A stretch of 64,000 nt of DNA from Octopus vulgaris. Its lineage: Eukaryota. The translations under genes and the position numbers were made by a program. The stretch spans positions 80,042,001 through 80,106,000 of the forward strand of contig OX597817.1 in NCBI GenBank assembly GCA_951406725.2, in the 5' to 3' direction. Shown here in pieces: positions 60,025 to 64,000 of this stretch. The notes below the pieces were generated by a model that searched no databases, was not told where the DNA came from, and saw nothing but the letters and a program-made list of their open reading frames with translations. The number at the start of each line of letters is the position of its first letter. Within the stretch, counting starts at the first letter, position 1.

Positions 60025-60063
<39 letters not shown>

Positions 60064-60101
60064 ATATGTATATATTATATATATATATATGCATATATAC
60101 G

Positions 60102-60143
<42 letters not shown>

Positions 60144-60146
<3 letters not shown>

Positions 60147-60880
60147 GAGAAAAAGAAGAAAATGGAGAAATTGACGTATAAACATCAGTTTATTCAAAGA
60201 TATTCAATTCAACATAATATGAAATTCTTATCCCTACAGCCGTTTCTATATCAAATTGACTCAATTAGAGTAATTAAATTGAATTAATTTAAAATCTCCA
60301 TATTGAAATTGGTTAATCGGGTATTTCATCAGGGGAGAATTTCCAGAAAGCAATTACATTCCAACGTGCTGGTCGACCCTTGCCAGACTCAGATGTGTGC
60401 GCTATGGTAATGTACGTATTAAAAAAAACCGTTATTAGTATATATACATACTTATAAAGAAATATGTACGATATAGTTGTGTGCCTCAGTTTATTATGCA
60501 TAATAGTTATTGGTGGTGGTATTGCAGTTAAGGTGAACTAGGAGTTATAAAATGCACGCACACAACTATATCATACATATTAGTTTATAAGTATGTACTT
60601 ATATTCATAACGGTTACCAAAACACACACATCTGAGTCTGTCAAGGGTTGACCAACAGGTTGGAATGCAACTCCTTTCTGAAAATTCTCCCCTGATGAAA
60701 TACCCAATTAACCAGTTTCAATATGAAAATTTTAAATGAATTTAATTTAATTTCTCTAATTAAGTTAATTCGATATAGAAACGGCTGTAGAGACAAGAAT
60801 ATCATATTATATTTATTTGAATATCTTTGAATAAACTAATGCTTATACCTCAATTTCTCCATTTTCTTCTTTCTCTCATT
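60144..60880. mobile_element. Diverged ~330-bp inverted repeat (60144-60484 / 60558-60880) of a Penelope-like terminal repeat with hammerhead-like motif
   Basis: Arms align throughout; each has CCC-CTGATGA-(~80 nt)-GAAAC-GGCT-GTA-G(G/A)GA. Confidence 0.7.
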
Positions 60881-61110
60881 CATGAATATTTTAAATACCA
60901 ATATGCACCAATGCAAAACTTAAGTATTTAGTTTTCATTGAACACTAGTACATATCAGAGAACTAGGATGCAAACATCCTTTAAAGGATTATAGGTCCTT
61001 GGCATGATTATACACACACGCGCACGCGCAGACATATATAACATGACGGGGTCATCAATGTATATGTCTATTGACAACAATTTTATCATATAAATGAAAA
61101 GTGGCCAGCT

Positions 61111-61444
61111 TTGGCAAACAGAAAAGGTGTTATTCTCCAACATGACAATGCATGGCCACTCTCTTCAAAACAAACCCAAGAAAAAATAAGATCATTAGGA
61201 TGGGAAATTCTTCCACATCCTCCATACTCACCTGCCTTAGCAACTATGGATTTCCCTCTGTTCAGATCCCTAGAACATTTTAAGGGAGGTAAAACATTCA
61301 GAAATAGAAACGTAGTTGAAAACAGTCTTTCAGAAATATTTTCCAGGAAAAGAAATAGGTTTCTTTGGGTGTGACATAAAAAAAAAGCTACTTTCCCGTT
61401 GGGCTGCAGTCATTGAAAACCAAAGTGATTTCATTTTTGACTAA
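61111..61444 (+). pseudogene. Mariner (DD34D) transposase C-terminal relic
   Basis: LANRKGVILQHDNAWP..LGWEILPHPPYSPALATMDFPLFRSL; frameshifted end LLSRWAAVIENQSDFIFD*. Confidence 0.9.
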
Positions 61445-61489
61445 AATTTGAACACTATAATATATACTATACATACAAATATTTGTGTA

Positions 61490-61542
<53 letters not shown>

Positions 61543-61547
61543 CTCTA

Positions 61548-61614
<67 letters not shown>

Positions 61615-61635
61615 ATTTGTATGTATGTATGTGTG

Positions 61636-61958
61636 TAACTGTGTGGTAAGACACTTGCTTCCCAAACACATGGTTCAAGTTTCAGTCCCACTGAATATAT
61701 GTGCGTGTGTATGTGTGTGTGTGTGTGTTTGTATTTGTGTCTTTGTGTCCATGTTTGTCTCCAACCACTGCTTGACAACTGGTGCTGGTGTGTGTAACTT
61801 TGCAGTTTGGTAAAAGAGAACCAATAGAATAAGTACCAGGTTTACAGAAACTAAGTCCTGTGGTCAATACATTCAACTAAAAATTCTTCAAGGCGGGGAT
61901 ACCAGAATGGCCACAGTCTAGTGACTAAAACAAATAAAAAACAAAAGATACAAGATAA
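61636..61958 (+). mobile_element. SINE family A, internally deleted
   Basis: Head CTGTGTGGTAAG..CAGTCCCACTG and 3' half. Confidence 0.75.
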
Positions 61959-62409
61959 AATACACAACAATGAGAGCGACAGACAGACAGAGTCAAGGAA
62001 GGAAAACACATTTTTCATTTTGGCCATTTTATCTTTGAAGCAGTGGCAAGATGAGAACAAAAAGGAAGAAGATGAAGTGCTAAAGTGACACAATTAAAAG
62101 AACCGAGTATTGTCCATTCTGTGGATCCGATATTACTTAAGAGTTCTTCCCACTGCTAACCATTAAATCTATAGAAAAAAAATACAATGCTTTGCCATTC
62201 AATAAAAAATAATAATACTGCTCAAGTTAATCTTATCTATAGAAGGCCCTTTACTATATTAAATTTTAGTAGACCTTTACTGTATTAACAAGCTACCTGT
62301 CTTTCAATTTTTCTGACTGCATCAATGTATGCCTTCCTCTCTGTTTTCTGCTGTAGGATGCACTGTTAATCTGATTGTTCATTTCTTGCACTTCATTCAT
62401 TTTCACCTA

Positions 62410-62445
<36 letters not shown>

Positions 62446-62757
62446 ATATGCATATATGTGTGTGTGCGTGTGTGTGTGTGTGTGTGTGCACGTATACATA
62501 TAGATATGTGTGTATATGTAGGTATGCATATATATATATATAGACAAACATGTGTGTGTGTGTATGTGTGTGTGTGGCCTCTTCTAATGACCTTTCACAT
62601 ATTTTAAGTATTGCTCTTCAAAAAGATAATTTATATAATTAGAGAAGCATGTGTACTTTATTTCACACCATATGTGTTGAGTACATGAGTACATGCCTGT
62701 CTGTGCATGCATATATGTATGCAGACATATATGCATGTATATATAAATATATATATG

Positions 62758-62825
<68 letters not shown>

Positions 62826-62879
62826 CATGTACATATACATATATATCATTCTCTGTCTCTCTCTCTCTCCCTGTCTCTC

Positions 62880-62920
<41 letters not shown>

Positions 62921-63136
62921 GTAGAAAGATAGACAGACTGACTTACATAGACAGTCAGACAGACTGAAAGACAGACATAGAAAAAGAGATAGACACAATC
63001 ATATATGTGTCCATATAGGCACAAAGACATCCTATCCCCATGACACACATCCATATGTACATGCATACTTGCATTTGCACACACACCCACACACACATAT
63101 ACATACATATATAATAACTTCATGCATATATATATA

Positions 63137-63172
<36 letters not shown>

Positions 63173-63313
63173 ATTATATAGAAACTCCAGACAGATTCAG
63201 CCAGCAGCAGCTCAGGGCATACCTAATTGAATAGCATCACCTTGGTCAGCACAAACACACAAAATTTTATAGAAGTGTACTTATATATACATGCACATAT
63301 ATAGACATGCATA

Positions 63314-63389
<76 letters not shown>

Positions 63390-63405
63390 GACATACAGAC
63401 ATATA

Positions 63406-63458
<53 letters not shown>

Positions 63459-64000
63459 GCATATTTATATGTATATATATATATATATATATATTCAATG
63501 TAAGAAATACACATATATACCTACAAATACTGACTAGTACATGGAGGCCGCCTTTATACATTTCACTCAAAAACATGGACATACATACTTTAACACTTAT
63601 TAATTTTGTTGGAAACCTGACAGTGTAAGCTATATATTAGTTTGCCTATTGTGAACAACAAGAGAATGTGATTTTCAGACAGTATTGTACAATGCTACTG
63701 AATAATATAGTTGTGTGCATGTGTGTGTGTGTGGGTGTGTGTGTTTGTATGTGTATACATATATGTATATAAATAGATATATAAAATATATTTATATATG
63801 TTTATACATTTATATATATGTATGTGTGTGTGTGAGTGTGTGTATGTATGTATGTATGTATGTACGTATATGGGTAAATATAGATACACACATGCATTTA
63901 CACATGTGTGTGTATACATATGGGTATATTTATATATATATATATATAATATATTATGTACACATATATCTGTTTATATGTGGAATATACAAATACATGT

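Overview
AT-rich, microsatellite-saturated eukaryotic DNA with no intact protein-coding gene. Nearly all long ORFs are translations of (TA)n, (CA)n, (TATG)n, (TAGA)n or (GAA)n. The repeat content suggests a coleoid cephalopod, probably Octopus (inference from SINE families and microsatellite density). The window holds about 30 full or partial copies of one tRNA-derived SINE with an internal microsatellite (family A) and about 12 of a second SINE (family B). It also has rarer SINEs, decayed 3' ends of RTE, CR1/Zenon-like, R4/Dong-like and Penelope retroelements, Tc1/mariner relics, MITEs and Helentron-associated elements. One candidate minus-strand host exon lies at 15715-15793. The most notable signal is a set of (TA)n-embedded fold-back elements carrying type I hammerhead ribozyme motifs (32074-32352, 51798-52236, 60144-60880; partial relatives at 26094, 33537, 34617, 57657). 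The best one has an apparently intact hammerhead with a compensatory U3-A8 core at the apex of a perfect 131-bp inverted repeat. Repeat boundaries were read by eye and are approximate.
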